Positions 1 to 12,570 of a stretch of DNA of 64,000 nt are shown here, piece by piece (position 1 is the first letter of the stretch; each line of letters opens with the position of its first letter). A model generated the notes under the pieces. The model did no database searches. It was not told the DNA's origin and saw nothing but the letters and a program-made list of their open reading frames with translations. Made by a program: the position numbers and the translations under genes. Origin of the DNA: Rhynchobatus australiae (lineage: Eukaryota); contig JAUZTB010000063.1 in the NCBI GenBank assembly GCA_034780895.1, positions 13,770,552 through 13,834,551 on the forward strand. Direction: 5' to 3'.

Positions 1-149
1 TCTTTACCACCCTATCAATCTGTGTAGCCACTTTCAGAGATTGCAGGATTGCCCAGCAAAGAAGAAGGTGGGCAGTGAATGATTGATGGTGAGTATGCAA
101 TGTGTAGGTGAATAATAAATATTCTGTTAGTGGTCCCCAGAAAAGGCTT

Positions 150-670
150 GAGCCTTTGAGTAAGGCAGCTGAAGTCAAGGATGCCAATCCTTGGGTGATT
201 AATATTGAGGATGAATAAGGAGCCAACACTGAATGAGCACAGAAAATGAATAGGTCCATATGAGGTCACACATATAGGAAGAGTGAGGTCATGGATTTGA
301 AAGCAATGTAAAAGTTTTTGAAGCTTCTGTTGCTTTATCAGGAAGTGATTATCAGTCACCAAGCATAGGCATGATACTGGAATGGATGTAGGCAGCAATG
401 TCTTTGGTGAGTTCAGCTTTGTGGAAGTTGGGGATCTGGCCAGGAGAGCATTAATATAGTCGTGTCTAGACAGACAAAAAGGCACAGAAGTAGGTTCCAG
501 GTGCAGATTAGCTGAGACCAGGGTGAAGAGAGTGAATGTTATAGAAGTAAAAGCAGATAGTGTAGCTAAGTGATGGAAAGCTCATTTGGATCAAATTTAG
601 AATGATTTGGTTCAGCCTTGGCCTTGCTGATCAAAGGGAGACATTGAGCCAGTGGAAAGAAATTGGCAGA
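150..670 (-). mobile_element. Highly decayed L2-like LINE ORF2 fragment
   Basis: Degenerate motifs (gtcaaggatg..., gatggaaagctcatttggatcaaat, ggttcagcc) resemble the reverse strand of the chondrichthyan L2 RT C-terminus; no intact frame. Confidence 0.45.
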
Positions 671-785
671 AAAAAACTACAGTGATGATGAGAAGCAAAA
701 TGGATCCCAGTATCATTGGTGCCATTTGTGCTTCATGCATCACCCAAGCAGGGTTTTAACTGGCATGAGTGTTTTTGGTTTTCAG

Positions 786-965
786 TGTACTTACCAAAAT
801 GATGATGATAGAGTGACAAATTTGAAAAATTTGTCGTATTTCGAAGAATCAGCGAATTCAATGTTCAGCGTGGGACATTAACTTGTACATTTTGAATCAG
901 TGCCACATATATAAATTTTATCATTGTGGCTTTTGTGAAATAAAGTACTCGGATCTCTTCAGACT
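786..965 (+). other. Candidate terminal exon and polyA site of an unidentified upstream gene
   Basis: Branch-like ttttAAc ~754-760, pyrimidine tract and ttttcAG ending at 785, early stops in all three frames (YLPK*, VLTKMMMIE*, or 31 codons ending at 881), AATAAA at 939-944, T-rich downstream element ~965-995. Confidence 0.45.
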
Positions 966-1499
966 TATTTTTCTTTCATTTGCATTTCTTTGTTCACGTC
1001 CTATTTACTTGATTTCTGTGTACAGCACATTTAAACTTTGCTGAACGATGAAATTTAAGAATCTTGAATCATTCCTCAGTTCTTGTACATTTTACATAAA
1101 ATCAGTCTTCTATCCTGTAGTGGTACTGTCTGCTCAATCCATTTCTGACTATATGCTGCATTTAAGTTCCTATGAGAGAGTTGAAAATTTGGAATTTTAT
1201 TTTTAATAATTTAAATTGCCAGGCACAATCAGTATTAAAAGCTTCTAATCTATAAATAGATCTTTCCATGGCTTATGTTGACTATTCACGATTTATTTTG
1301 AGTTGTATTTGCCTTTCCAAAGCTTTCAAGCTGACCACAATTTGTATTGAAATATTTAGAAAGCTATTTCATACCATGTAACATTTAAAACTCAATTATC
1401 TGCACACCTATCTGCAAAAATAGACCCTTTTCTGGAGTCAGACTTCCTTTGTCCAAGGGGCCATCCTTTAGACTGTACCTTTGAAATGAGAAAATATAA

Positions 1500-1745
1500 A
1501 AATACTTGCATTTATCTGGTGCTTCATTACCTCAGGTGTCCAAAAGTGCTTTACACCCAATAAAATAGCTTTTGAACTTCAGTCACTTGTAATGCAGACT
1601 TAGTGGCCTATTTAGGGATAGCAAGCTCCCTAAGCAACAAAATGATGACAGGATTGATTGTTTTGAGTGAAGTTACGTTGGTTGATTAATAAACATTGGC
1701 CTTGACTCTGTGGGTAAACTCACTTGCACTTTAACTTAGTGCCAA
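1500..1745 (-). mobile_element. Deu-domain SINE (SacSINE1/AmnSINE1-like) remnant
   Basis: L2-type tail acttgcatttat...caaaagtgctttaca plus reversed Deu-like core (aacattggcc...aactcacttgc...tagtgcca). Confidence 0.6.
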
Positions 1746-1989
1746 TTTAAGGGCAGATTTGTTCCTTGGGTCAGTCAGCTTTGCAGGTCTGAAAAGTGGT
1801 TCTGCTGCCATTAATGATGCATATGAAAGGAAGCCACTTGACCAATCAAGTCTGTACCGGCCCTCAGAGGAAACCCATTCCCCCACTTATTTCCCTGTAA
1901 CTTGGTCTCTGTCATGTGCTCACCAAATCGACCCTGGCCATTGAAGTCATTTAAAGAAAAATCTTGTAACTTTTTTTAGTTAGTGCTCT

Positions 1990-2395
1990 ACTCAGCCCTC
2001 TACTCCCTGTACACTCATGACTGTGTAGCCAGATTCTGCTCTAACTCCATCTACAAGTTTGCAAATGATACCACAGTTGTAGGCTGTATCTCCAACAGTG
2101 ATGAGTTGGAGTACAGGAAAGAGATAGAGAGCTTAGTGGAATGGTGTCATGACAACAACCTTTCCCTCAATGTCAACAAAACTAAAAAGCTGGTCATTGA
2201 CTTCAGGAAAGGNNNNNNNNNNNNNNNNNNNNNNNNNNNNNNNNNNNNNNNNNNNNNNNNNNNNNNNNNNNNNNNNNNNNNNNNNNNNNNNNNNNNNNNN
2301 NNNNNNNNNNNNAATTGACCTGTACAATCGGTTTGTAAGACAAGCTTTTCACTGTACCTTGGTACAAGTGACAATAATGAACCAATACCGATACC
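1990..2395 (+). mobile_element. Rex1/Babar LINE, 5'-truncated, spanning an N gap
   Basis: RT peptide LYSLYTHDCVARFCSNSIYKFANDTTVVG...WCHDNNLSLNVNKTKKLVIDFRK; after the gap the family 3' end ...ggtacaagtgacaataa...ccaatacc. Confidence 0.88.
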
Positions 2396-3084
2396 TATTA
2401 TGATATTGAGGATGGGGTGTCATGGGAATGTTATTTGGATTAAAGGAAGCTAGAGGTGTGATGATCCTCCAGGCATATGTCTTTCTTAAGTAGCCAAACT
2501 AATTAAGGCAAAGACCAATTTGGTTCCACTGTTATGGCTAATAGTGAGAGGAAATGTTTATCCTCTTGATCCAAAGCTGAAACATCAGTTTCTGACCCAT
2601 ACCCTTCAGTCCCACTGATAAGAGTCACACTTTAAGCTCAGGTCTGCAGTTTCAGATGAAAGGTGAAGCTGTGTGTGCCTCTGGTGCATCTGTGCATGAG
2701 TCAGGCAGTTGGCCTGTTTTGTGTAAACAGCCCCACCATTTAAACAGCTGTCTCAACTTTTGTTATTTGTTTATATAAAACAACCAACGTCTAATTCGGC
2801 CTTTCATCCATGGATTTGAGCTTCCTACACTTTTAAATGGGTGTTGTCCTCTCCCGCACCATGAGCCCCACCCTCCTTTGGGCTTTTTGGCTGAAAGTAG
2901 TTGTATGAACTGAATGGGCCCATGGTGTCTAATACTTGGTCAATGGAGAGAGATTAGGTGAGATGGTATATTGAACCACCATTGTTGCCGTCTTTTGTAA
3001 TTCTTCAAAAACCCCACCTCTTCATGGAATATGTGGGATAGTCTTTATTTCAGTCCTACTTAAGTTGCTTCTCTCATCTTTCTC

Positions 3085-3530
3085 CAGTGTATTGGTGACT
3101 GCTTTGGTGTTCTGTCCTGCTCTTATACCAAACTCTAAAGTTTCATCACCAAGCTGCCAACTTCCATGTTGCTCTCACTTTCCTGTGTGCCATCTCTGAC
3201 TCCTCCCTCCTCTTTCTCAACTTCTTTATCTCCATCTCAGGGTATAGTGACTAATAGCCACTCCAAGCTCACAGACTCCCATGTTTCCATAAGGACTCTA
3301 TTCCACACCCCATTTCTCCAGCTGTACCACAGCTGTTCTGACACTAATACCTCCCAGTACAGTGCTCCTGAGATGCCAATGTTTTCTATGATTCTGCTTC
3401 ACTGTAATTAGGAGAGCTCTCAACCACATCTGTTCCATTTTCCACACTTCTGCTCTCACCCATCCTTCTCTCACCCACAGCACAGACAGAGTTCCCCTTA
3501 GCCCCCTCGTCAACCCCACTAGCCTCCACA
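3085..3530 (+). mobile_element. Penelope-like element RT fragment (decayed)
   Basis: Frameshifted remnants of YIDDC...SNFHxALTF...ISDSSLxFL...KxTDSH...PFLQ, typical of chondrichthyan Penelope RT. Confidence 0.7.
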
Positions 3531-3974
3531 TTGATGTGATGTTACCCCCAGGTAGAAAATGTCCTGCTTTGAGCAGACCTGATTGATAGCACATGCATTT
3601 CTTGGAGATTGGGACAATGACTGGAGTGTGGTGTTGAGGGGAAAGGGTGGGCGGGCATTCGATGAGATCTCTGGGAATACCTCCCATCCAGTCATGACAA
3701 CTTTAGGAAGAGGTTGTCAGCAGCTCAGGTCTTACTCTGCCTGGATACATGCAGTCCCAGCATGAAACTGACACGTGCTCAGGTTAGCAAAGCAAGTACA
3801 AAGGCCAAACTGTTCTGTTCTCCCAGCCTGCAGACAAAGTTCAGTAGCTGGAAATGCAAGTCCCTCCATAATTAACTGGAAATAAACATAAAGTCTCAGC
3901 ATTCAAGAAGGTGTAGGGTTCATGCGATCTTTCCTGTTTTCTTCACTCAATAATAACTGCTGATGTTTAACATT

Positions 3975-4215
3975 TTTTCCACAGCAAGTGGTTAGAGTCT
4001 GGAATGCAGTGCCATTGGCATGGTTAGTGGAGGCATATTGAATCATAGCATTTGAAGAACTGGATAAGTATTTGAAAGCCAAAATTTTGTTGGTCTCTGG
4101 GGAAGAGAGCAGATGAGTGGGTCTGGCGGGATTGCTCCTACATACAGCTGACGTGGACATGATGGGTTGAATGTCCTCCATTTCTGCTGTAACCTCTCTG
4201 TAAGTTTGTGAATCT
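3975..4215 (+). mobile_element. CR1 LINE 3' end
   Basis: gtggttagagtctggaatgca...gaactggataagtatttg...gacatgatgggttgaatgtcctcc...tgctgtaa. Confidence 0.7.
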
Positions 4216-4229
4216 TTGATTCACTTAGC

Positions 4230-4455
4230 ACCTCAGAGGTAATAAAATGCCCTTCACAGGAGCATTAATTAGAGAAACCTTTACATTGAACCAAAATAGG
4301 AAACCTTAGGGCAGGTAACTATAAGTTCGGTGAAAGATGTACATTTTAAGGAGAGAAATAGATGAAAAGGTTTAGGCAGGAAATTCCAGAGCTTAGAGTC
4401 TTGGCAGCAGAAGGGATGTGGGGATGTCCAAGTGACCAGATTTGGAGGAATGCAC
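4230..4455 (-). mobile_element. L2-like LINE 3' fragment
   Basis: aggtttaggcagg...aaattccagagcttag...gcagaagg, reverse L2 C-terminal motif. Confidence 0.5.
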
Positions 4456-5309
4456 TAGTGATAGCAAAGCACTGTTCTCAACTCAGCTCATTTCTAGTGT
4501 TACCATTCACACACAGAACATATGAGTAAAAGAGAATAAATACAGATTAGGTAAGCATGATGCCAAACTTGGCTTTCTTTAAGTCTCTGCAGTGTAGAAG
4601 GAGAAGATTACAGGAATGGGACAGCTTTGAGCTCCTGCAGAGGATTCTAAGAAATCAACCACGTGGGTGCTGAACTGGAGTTGTGCAGACAAGATGAAAA
4701 TGGCAAGTTTCAATTCCTAAAATACATTAATAAATCAGTTGAGTTTACATGATTTGTCCTTAGGTTTTTTTTATCAGTTTACACTCTCTATTTACCACCT
4801 CTCTGTCAGTCAAATTCTGTTATTCTCAATATCTTAAGGATCTGGATTGGATCTCTGTCAACCATCTTATTCTTCAATTGACACCAGATTGATTCTGTGA
4901 GTCCTATCCACGTAGCTGGAGCGAGACCCAGTACCACCTGTCCTGCTGCAATATACAAGCTGTCAACTGTACTGAGCCTTTGTCTGAAAAGCAAGTTGAT
5001 AGTGAGCCCATAATGACAGTCCTGAATAAAGAAAGTAAGCATGAAAGCTATAATTTAGTTTACTCTCAGGGTTTTTCAATCCACATTCAGAACTTCACTC
5101 TGATGGTTTATGATATCATTGCTGTAAAATAACAACTTTGTTGTTCATGTCTTCCCCTTTATCATTGGACCTTGCTTCCTCTTTTTCTTTCTCTGTGTTT
5201 CTACTGTCAGTAATGATTCTTTTGACGCTGTTTATTTAAACACCCCTCTTTTTTTTTCTATGGACTCCACTAATAAACACAACAAATTGCATTAATATAA
5301 TACAAACTG

Positions 5310-5510
5310 AAACTGCTGGAGGAACTCAGCGGGTCAGGCAGCATCTGTGAAGGGAAATCGATAGTCAGCATTTCAGGTCAAGATTCATCATTCAGTCCAG
5401 ATGAAGCGACAACTGTCCATTTCCCTCCACAGATGCTGCCTGACCCGCTGAGTTCCTCTAGCAGTTTTATTTTTGCTCTGGATTCCAGCATCTGCAGTCT
5501 CTTGTGTCTG
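5310..5510. mobile_element. Fold-back (palindromic) Penelope terminal-repeat element
   Basis: ~46 bp inverted arms ctgctggaggaactcagcgggtcaggcagcatctgtgaagggaaat / atttccctccacagatgctgcctgacccgctgagttcctctagcag; same family as the termini of the 6690-7400 element. Confidence 0.75.
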
Positions 5511-5595
5511 CATGAATATGATGTTCATAATATGTTAAAGAATCCACAAGATCAAGGTTGCTCCTTTTAGGGATTTCTCTTTTAAGAGCCAAGTA

Positions 5596-5826
5596 AAGAA
5601 CATAAGAAATGGAACCTACATTAGGCCATTGGTCCCTTCATGGCTGCTCAACTATTGATCCAGATCGTGGCTGATCTTCAACCCAGCACTATTTTCCATT
5701 TATTGATTCCCTTTGCCCAGAAATTTATCAACGTGTGTTATGCGTGAACACAATGAATGAGCTTCCACAGCTGAAATTCTAAAGGTTGACAACATTGAGT
5801 GATAATATTTCTCCTCACCTCAGTCT
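5596..5826 (-). mobile_element. CR1 LINE 3' end
   Basis: aagaacataagaaat...aggccatt...gatcgtggctgatc...tttctcctcacctcagtc. Confidence 0.7.
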
Positions 5827-6129
5827 TTGAGTATTCAGTTAATGGGCTCCCAACGCACATTCAATTAAATTATCTGTACTTTCCAATGTGTAACTCACAG
5901 GCTTAACCAAAATCTGAACAGGTGCACAACGTAACTGTACTAACCCTTCAACTAACACAGGTGTCATTTTTACTTTGCTGTTTATGCAGCCTTTTCTATT
6001 GGTTCCAGTGACTGTACCTTTGAAAGCAACTTGTTGGCTGTAAAGGGCTTTTGAGATGTTTAAAGTACTGTATAACTGCAAGCTACTTGTCATGTTATTA
6101 TGCAGTGTTTTTACATTACATAGTATTAA

Positions 6130-6470
6130 CAGCACAGGAACAGGTATTCACCCTAACAGGCCCTTGTCAGTGTTTATAGTCTATACAAACATCCTACCAC
6201 CATTCTTCACCAAATCTCATCAAAATATCCCTCAGTTACATTCCCCCTCATCTTAAATACATCTGCACTATTCATCTCAAACAGTCCTGTGGTAGAAAGT
6301 TCCACGTTCTGTCCATTCTCTGGGTAAGGAGGTTTCTCCTGAATTCCCTCTATGATCCATTAGTGACTGTCCTGTATTTATGGCTGGTTCTAGTTTTGCT
6401 TGCAAGTGCATGCCTCTTCTATACTTTCAAATCAATTCAAAATCTTGAATATCACCAGCAGGTTAGCCCT
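6130..6470 (-). mobile_element. CR1 LINE 3' fragment
   Basis: agcacaggaacagg...gttccacgttctgtccattctctgggtaaggaggtttctcctgaattccc. Confidence 0.6.
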
Positions 6471-6689
6471 CAGTTTTATAACTGGTTATTAGGTACAGTT
6501 TGGTTTCAGAGGCCCAGAATCAGCCAAGTTTTACCCCATTATTTCTCAGCCACTCTTCTTAGGCTTAGCTTGGAAAATGAAGCAAGGTCACAGGGCAGAA
6601 ACAGGAGTGCTCAGCGGTTATCTGGGTTCTGTTGGACCAGAGGTGTGAGAAGACCAATGTATCCCATAATCGGAAGAAAAAGGGCACTG

Positions 6690-7400
6690 AAGATGCTGGA
6701 ATCCAGAACAAAAGTAGAACTGGAAGAACTCAGCGGATCGAGCAACATCTGTGGAGTCAAAGAGGGTAAGTCAGTGCTAGCGATCTGGCCTCCTCTACAT
6801 TGGTAAAATCAGGCATAGACTTATTGACTGTTTTGCAGAGCACCTGTACTCTGTCCACAACAGCCATCTCAAGCTTCCAGTTGTATGTCATGTTAACTCT
6901 CCTTCCCACTCCCACACGGACCTGTCTGTCCTCGGCCTTCTCCTTTACTATGGAGAGGCCAAAGGAAAATTGGAAGAATAATATCTCTATTCTGCTTGGG
7001 TAGCTTATGAATATTGAATTTTCCAATTTCAGGTAACCCACATCCCCCCCACCCCCCCCCACACCACACACACGCANNNNNNNNNNNNNNNNNNNNNNNN
7101 NNNNNNNNNNNNNNNNNNNNNNNNNNNNNNNNNNNNNNNNNNNNNNNNNNNNNNNNNNNNNNNNNNNNNNNNNNNNACACACGTGCGCACGCACACACAT
7201 CTGGCTACCTTTCCCTCCCCATCTGGTTCCACCTAACACCTACAAACCTCTGTCCCAGCCCCTACGTACTGCCATATAGTGACAATCTTTCCTGTTCCCT
7301 CTCAGTCCCAATGTACAGTTGCGATCCAAAACGTCAACTTACACCTTTGCCTCCACAGATGCTGCTTGACCTGCTGAGTTCTTCCAGCGTTCTGCTTTCG
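6690..7400 (+). mobile_element. Penelope-like element 3' part: GIY-YIG endonuclease C-terminus with inverted terminal repeat
   Basis: Translates as GLLYIGKIRHRLIDCFAEHLYSVHNSHLKLPVVCHVNSPSHSHTDLSVLGLL...KLEE...MNIEFSNFR*; flanked by inverted copies of gaactcagc..gagcaacatctgtgg / ccacagatgctgc..gctgagttc. Confidence 0.85.
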
Positions 7401-7609
7401 TTCTATATACCATAACCACTATTTTCACGTTGTTAACTCTAGTCCCTCGCTAACAAATCAAGGATGATACAATAAAGATATTGCATAGACAATTAAGACA
7501 CATGTGAACAGAAGATTTGCAAAAATTCAGATAAGTTTCAAGAATGGAATTACAAGACTTCTGTTAGATATACATATATCCATAAATATGAGTGTTAAGA
7601 TGTATTTAT

Positions 7610-8130
7610 AACCTAGATGTGGGGATGTCATTCTGGGAGAACGTGGGTGCCTATGGCTAGGAGTGAGAGTATGTCTCATGACTCAGAGCATGAGGGGTGT
7701 GTATGTCCAGGAGTGTGGGAGATGTTTGAGTTTAGGACTGTGAAGTTATCTGCCTGGGTTTGTGTGGCTATCTATATCCAGGTGTACATGGGGATCTTTG
7801 TGTCTCAGAGTGTGGAGGTGTCCATGTCCTGAGATATGGGATGTCTACATGTGGGGTTGTCTATTTCTAGGAGTATGGGTGTCTAGCCCCGGAGTGTGGG
7901 GGGATCGGTATCTGGGTATGTGGGCATGAGTAGGTCTAGGTGTGTGGTGAAGGGGTGCTCTGTGACAAAGGACGTAGAGGTGTCTGTGTAGGGTGTCTAT
8001 ATCTGGGACTGTCATGGTGTCTATGCCTAGGACTGTGGGGTGTCTATAACTAGGAGTTTAAAGGAGCTGTCTTGCAGTGTAAGTGTCTGGGATCATACAA
8101 GTGTCTCTATCTTTTTATGGCCATGTGTGA
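7610..8130. repeat. Degenerate minisatellite, ~24 bp unit (gtgtctatatctaggagtgtgggg-like)
   Basis: Recurrent gtgtctat...aggagtgtggg motif, roughly 20 diverged copies. Confidence 0.6.
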
Positions 8131-9749
8131 CAGCTTGTTCATTAAAATCTCTGGAATATCCCACGCATATCAGACAGACTCTTTGTGCAGCCCGTCAGTG
8201 CCAAGCCAATTTCCCAGCTCTCCCACCATTAGTTCCTTCCCTTGCTTCCACCATGAGGTTGGTCCTGAGTCATACTTGGAGTCGTTTTGCTGCTGCTGCT
8301 GCTGTAGAAGGAACAGATAAAAGGGAATAAATCAAGGTGGATGAATTATTAAACTCTTTATTTGTACTCAGTTAGCACTTAGACAAAGGCAGCACTCAGA
8401 CTTAAACCTGTTCTATAATTAATGCTGCTGTGGAACATCCAGAGGAGGTTTTGTTCTCTCTCACATTCCAGACAAGGAATGCTGATTGAGATAAAGGAAG
8501 GCTGTGTCAGGAAAAACAAGCACCTGTCTATCTTGGACCTACACACAACAGCTTGCATAAGAGTAGGGCCTTCAGTGGAGTAAACTACCCGGCGGGATTT
8601 ACAGTATCTGGAGTCCCAGACTGGCCATAGGAGAGAATTCCTGCTGCACATTTTACAGGGACAGCTGTCTGCGAAATGGTCAGTCCCTTTCTCCATTTTC
8701 CCCGAGCTTTGATCCATCAGTTGTTGAGGTGACTGCCCTTTCTGCCTCCACTCTCTCCTCCACCACTCACCTGAGACTCTGGCTCAGGTTGTACCATGTA
8801 CGTCCACAACAAAACCATGAGTGTTTGCCAGGATACTTAGCCATGTGATTGGGGTGGGTTTTGAGAAGGGTCTGATGGGTAATGAGCGGCATTAGTGTCC
8901 CAGCCAAAACAGACCCCATTCTACCCAATATCTTGTCATCTTTCCTTGACAGGAGCTCATGATGTGGGTGGGATGGGGGTTGCTTGTCCCATATCATACT
9001 GCCAGCTGTGCAGGCATGAGTCAATCTCCTGGTCAGGGGATCGTCATGGGTCAGACCTGAATAAAAAGCAGCCTGTTAGGAATTAGGTTGATGTACGTCC
9101 AGGAGAAATGCCATTATCCCCAAAGCAACCCAGAGACAGGGCAAATACTGTCAACTGGTGAATCGAAATGTCAACTGTAGAGAACCAAGCCACAGGATGA
9201 GAGGAGGGAAAGGAAGCTGGTGCTTCCACAGACACTGTCGGCATCTGCATTTACAGTTAATGATGTCCTTTAACTGCGACTAATGTATGAAACACAACAT
9301 CCAATGTTTACACAGCAAGATCCAATAATGAAAGAACAACCAGGTACACCAGTACTCAGCTCAGCCCTGCTCCACAGAGTGCTGATTGGTTTCAGCAGTG
9401 ACAGGTAGATACCCCCTTCTACTTTAAACAAGACATCCACTGAGGCTGGATGTGATGGAAGCTGCTGATTTCCTCTCTCTTTATTTGGCTACACTGTTCT
9501 CCCCACCTTTGGAGAGACCGAGGGATCCAGGTGTCCATCCCCAGCAATGGTTTTCATTCATTATCTGAGCTGTTGCAACCATGATACAGCTCTGGGTCCC
9601 ACATCTCAACATTGCCTCACTTGCCCCAGGTTCACGACGCAGTGGTGTCGTTTGTAAAACATTTAGGCTTAATGCTGTAATGATCCCCTTTAACACAGAT
9701 TCCAGTGTTAAGTGAGGTACTGAAGTAATGAGTTTCAGTGATATCAGTT

Positions 9750-9966
9750 GAGGAGATGAGGAAGAACACCCCTTTTAAAAAATGGCCTTGATTTTTCTGT
9801 ACCCACTTGACAGATCTTGTTTTAAGGTGTCAACCATAAACCAGCTCCTCCAACAGAATTCCTGGAGTTCCACATTTCAGTAACAGCTGAGGCACTGTGT
9901 TCAGGTCTCTGAAATGGAACTTGGAACTCTTGCGTGCAACCATTCTGCCAAATGGACCACAGCTGA
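9750..9966 (-). mobile_element. Deu-domain SINE 5' part
   Basis: gtacccacttgacaga...ttttaaggtgtca...ctccaacag...aggtctctg..atggaacttggaac (reverse tRNA-like head). Confidence 0.5.
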
Positions 9967-10169
9967 TGTACTTATAATACTCCAAATATTAACCTGGCTA
10001 TACAGCAGTGGCTTATCTCATGTACCACTGTCTTGTTTATTCATTCTCAGCCCTTTCACTGATATTAGACTTTTAAAAATGTCTCATTTAAGATTTCCCA
10101 GACTATCAGGGTCTGATTTGAAACATGTTTCCCACATTACAACTGTGAGTACATTTCAAAAGATTCTTT

Positions 10170-10815
10170 ATGGAAGTAGGAGACCACTTGGTTCACCAAT
10201 AATATTAAGGCTCATAGTGGAACAATGCCTTCATTCCCATTCCTCAGCTTTTTCCTCATGACCCTGCAAATTATTCTCTCTCAACTACCTATCCAATTGC
10301 CTTTTGAAGTCACAGATTAATTCTATTTCTACCAACTTTATGGGCAGTGAATTCTAGAGAAAAGCATTTTTCCTCATGTCCCATTCATATCTTTTCCCAA
10401 ACTAACCTTACGGATGAAATCCCTCAACCCTGTGGCCACTTTGGTGAGCCTTTTCTAGATCTCCTCAGTCCTTCATGTCATTTCCAAAGTGTGGCGACCA
10501 AAACTGGATGTAGTACTCCAGTTGTAACCTAAGCAGTACTTTTTAATGGGGTCAACATAACTTACATAATCTCTGTGTGAGTGCCAGAATCCCAAATGCT
10601 TTACTAACTACTCTCACAACATGCTTCTCTACTTCCAAAGATCTATGCAGATGTACAGCTGACTCCCTCCATTCCAGAATATCCTTTAGATCTGTGCCCT
10701 TTAGTCAATATTTTGCCTCCTTATTCTTTCTGCCGAAATGTAGCACTTCACACTTCTCTGTATTAAATTTCATCTGCCACTTGTCTGCCCATTCAGCCAG
10801 CATATCCATGTCTTC
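10170..10815 (-). mobile_element. CR1 LINE RT to 3' fragment
   Basis: ORF 10705-10896(-) contains DMLAEWADKWQMKFNTEKCEVLHFGRKN, a diagnostic CR1 RT motif. Confidence 0.85.
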
Positions 10816-11044
10816 ATTGGCTGTAAAGGGCTTTGGGTTGGACTCTGGACCAGAATATGTTTGAATACAATCCAGAAAGAGATCAGTTGAAATCATTATC
10901 TAATTTATCTAACATGCCAGCAAGTGAGTTCTCAAGAAGATTTGCCTTTGTTCAACAATAGTGGATTCGATTTGCCAATTCCTGCTGAAGACTTTGTCTT
11001 TGGTATCAGTCTTTTGAGTAATGTCCCTATGGTAACCAAGCAAT

Positions 11045-11340
11045 CGTTTCAATCACAGCCATTAGGACAAATTTCTGATGTAATTGATTATAAATCCAAT
11101 AAGGAATTCAAAAGTAACTTTATTTGCCTGGAGAACGATCAGAGTGTGGAACTTGCAACCACGGGGAATAGTTACGTCAAATGGCACAAATTAATAGAAA
11201 ATGGTTAAGTACATGAGGAAGAAAGAAGTAGAAGGTTAAACTGACAGGTTAGACGAAGGAGGCAATACAGAGCATAAACACTGATACAGACAGTTGGGCC
11301 AAATGCCTCGCTTCTATATCCTAAATTCCATGTAATTCTG
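11045..11340 (+). mobile_element. CR1 LINE 3' end
   Basis: gagtgtggaacttgcaacc...gagcataaacactgatacagacagttgggccaaatgcct. Confidence 0.6.
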
Positions 11341-11630
11341 ATAGGCCCTTTTGAATTCTGGGTTTTATTGAGAATTGTATCTGCAAGAAGCCATGGATCG
11401 GGTGTGAGAAGGAGCAGGAAATATGATATTTTGTAAAGCCTTTGACTGACAGCTCTGGGTCTGGAGGTTTAACTGGTCTGTCAGCACTCTGCTCCTTAAG
11501 CACTTTTACCCTGCAGAGTTACACAGCCATTCAGATCATCCATCATACCATTTCACAGATATTGCGGGTCATTTTGATTTTGGCAATGAAAAGGGAAATA
11601 GACTATGAAATTCAGGAAAGAGGTAAAAAT

Positions 11631-11953
11631 CAGAATCAGGTTTATTATCACTGACATATGTCATCAAATGTGTTGTCTTGCGGCAGCGGCACAGTGCAAT
11701 ACGTAAGAATTACTATGAGTTACAAAAATAAATAAATAGTGGAAGAGGACCGAAAAGAGGAATGATGAGGCAGTGTTCATGGACCATTCAGAAATCTGAT
11801 GGCAGAGGGGAAGAAGCTGTTCCTGAATCGTTGAGCGTGGGTCTTCAGGCTCCTGTACCTCCTCCCCAATGGTAATAATGCAAAGAGGGCATGTCCCAGA
11901 TGGTGAGGATCCTTAATGATGGATGCCGCCTTCTTGAGGCACCACCTCTTGAA
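11631..11953 (-). mobile_element. Rex1/Babar LINE 3' end (second subfamily)
   Basis: ORF KKAASIIKDPHHLGHALFALLPLGRRYRSLKTHAQRFRNSFFPSAIRFLN; tail cagaatcaggtttattatcac. Confidence 0.85.
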
Positions 11954-12184
11954 AATTAAAAAGGATGGTAGGTTCACTCTTCACCTTGTTACACTATTAT
12001 TCATGATCAACAGTATGCCCAGGATGTAAACACTCATATTTCAAGTCTTGAGGTTATGTTAAAAGTTGGACATTGGAAATGAATCAATGTTGTTTTGATA
12101 AAGTGAGAATATTAAAGACTATAAATACTTGTGCTGTTAGTTGTTCATTTGTCTATTTACAGTTCAATAAATGTTAAATGTCAC

Positions 12185-12570
12185 TCTTAGCTTAGTGCTG
12201 GCACTCTCACCTGAGTCAGAAGGCTGGGATGAGGGGACAGTTCCTTTCCTTATTATAGCTTGGAACAATGCTGGACGAGGGCAGTCTTTTAGATGAGATG
12301 GTCAACCAAGGACACCTTCTGCCCTTTCAGCTGATGTGAAGGATCCCACAACACAATCTCATGAAGGGCAGAGGAGCTGAATCCAACTTTTAACCCTTGA
12401 TCAATATGTGTCTTGTCTAGTCATTTATCTGCTTGTATTTGTGGGGGCTTACTGATTGCAAATTGGCTACTGTGGCTTCCTATATTTAACGAATGACTAG
12501 GTTTTAACTGTGCATTGTTGGCTTCAAAGCATTTAGAACGTCATGCAAAGCACTAAATATATATTCTCTT
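12185..12570 (+). mobile_element. Deu-domain SINE (SacSINE1-like), near full length, decayed
   Basis: tRNA-like head ggcactctcacctgagtcagaagg, core tttagatgagat...gatgtgaaggatccca, tail gcaaattggct...aaagcattt. Confidence 0.7.

Noticed and set aside
8379-8717. 112-aa minus-strand ORF with faint L1/Tx1-like flavour
   Set aside because: Motifs too degenerate to support a call
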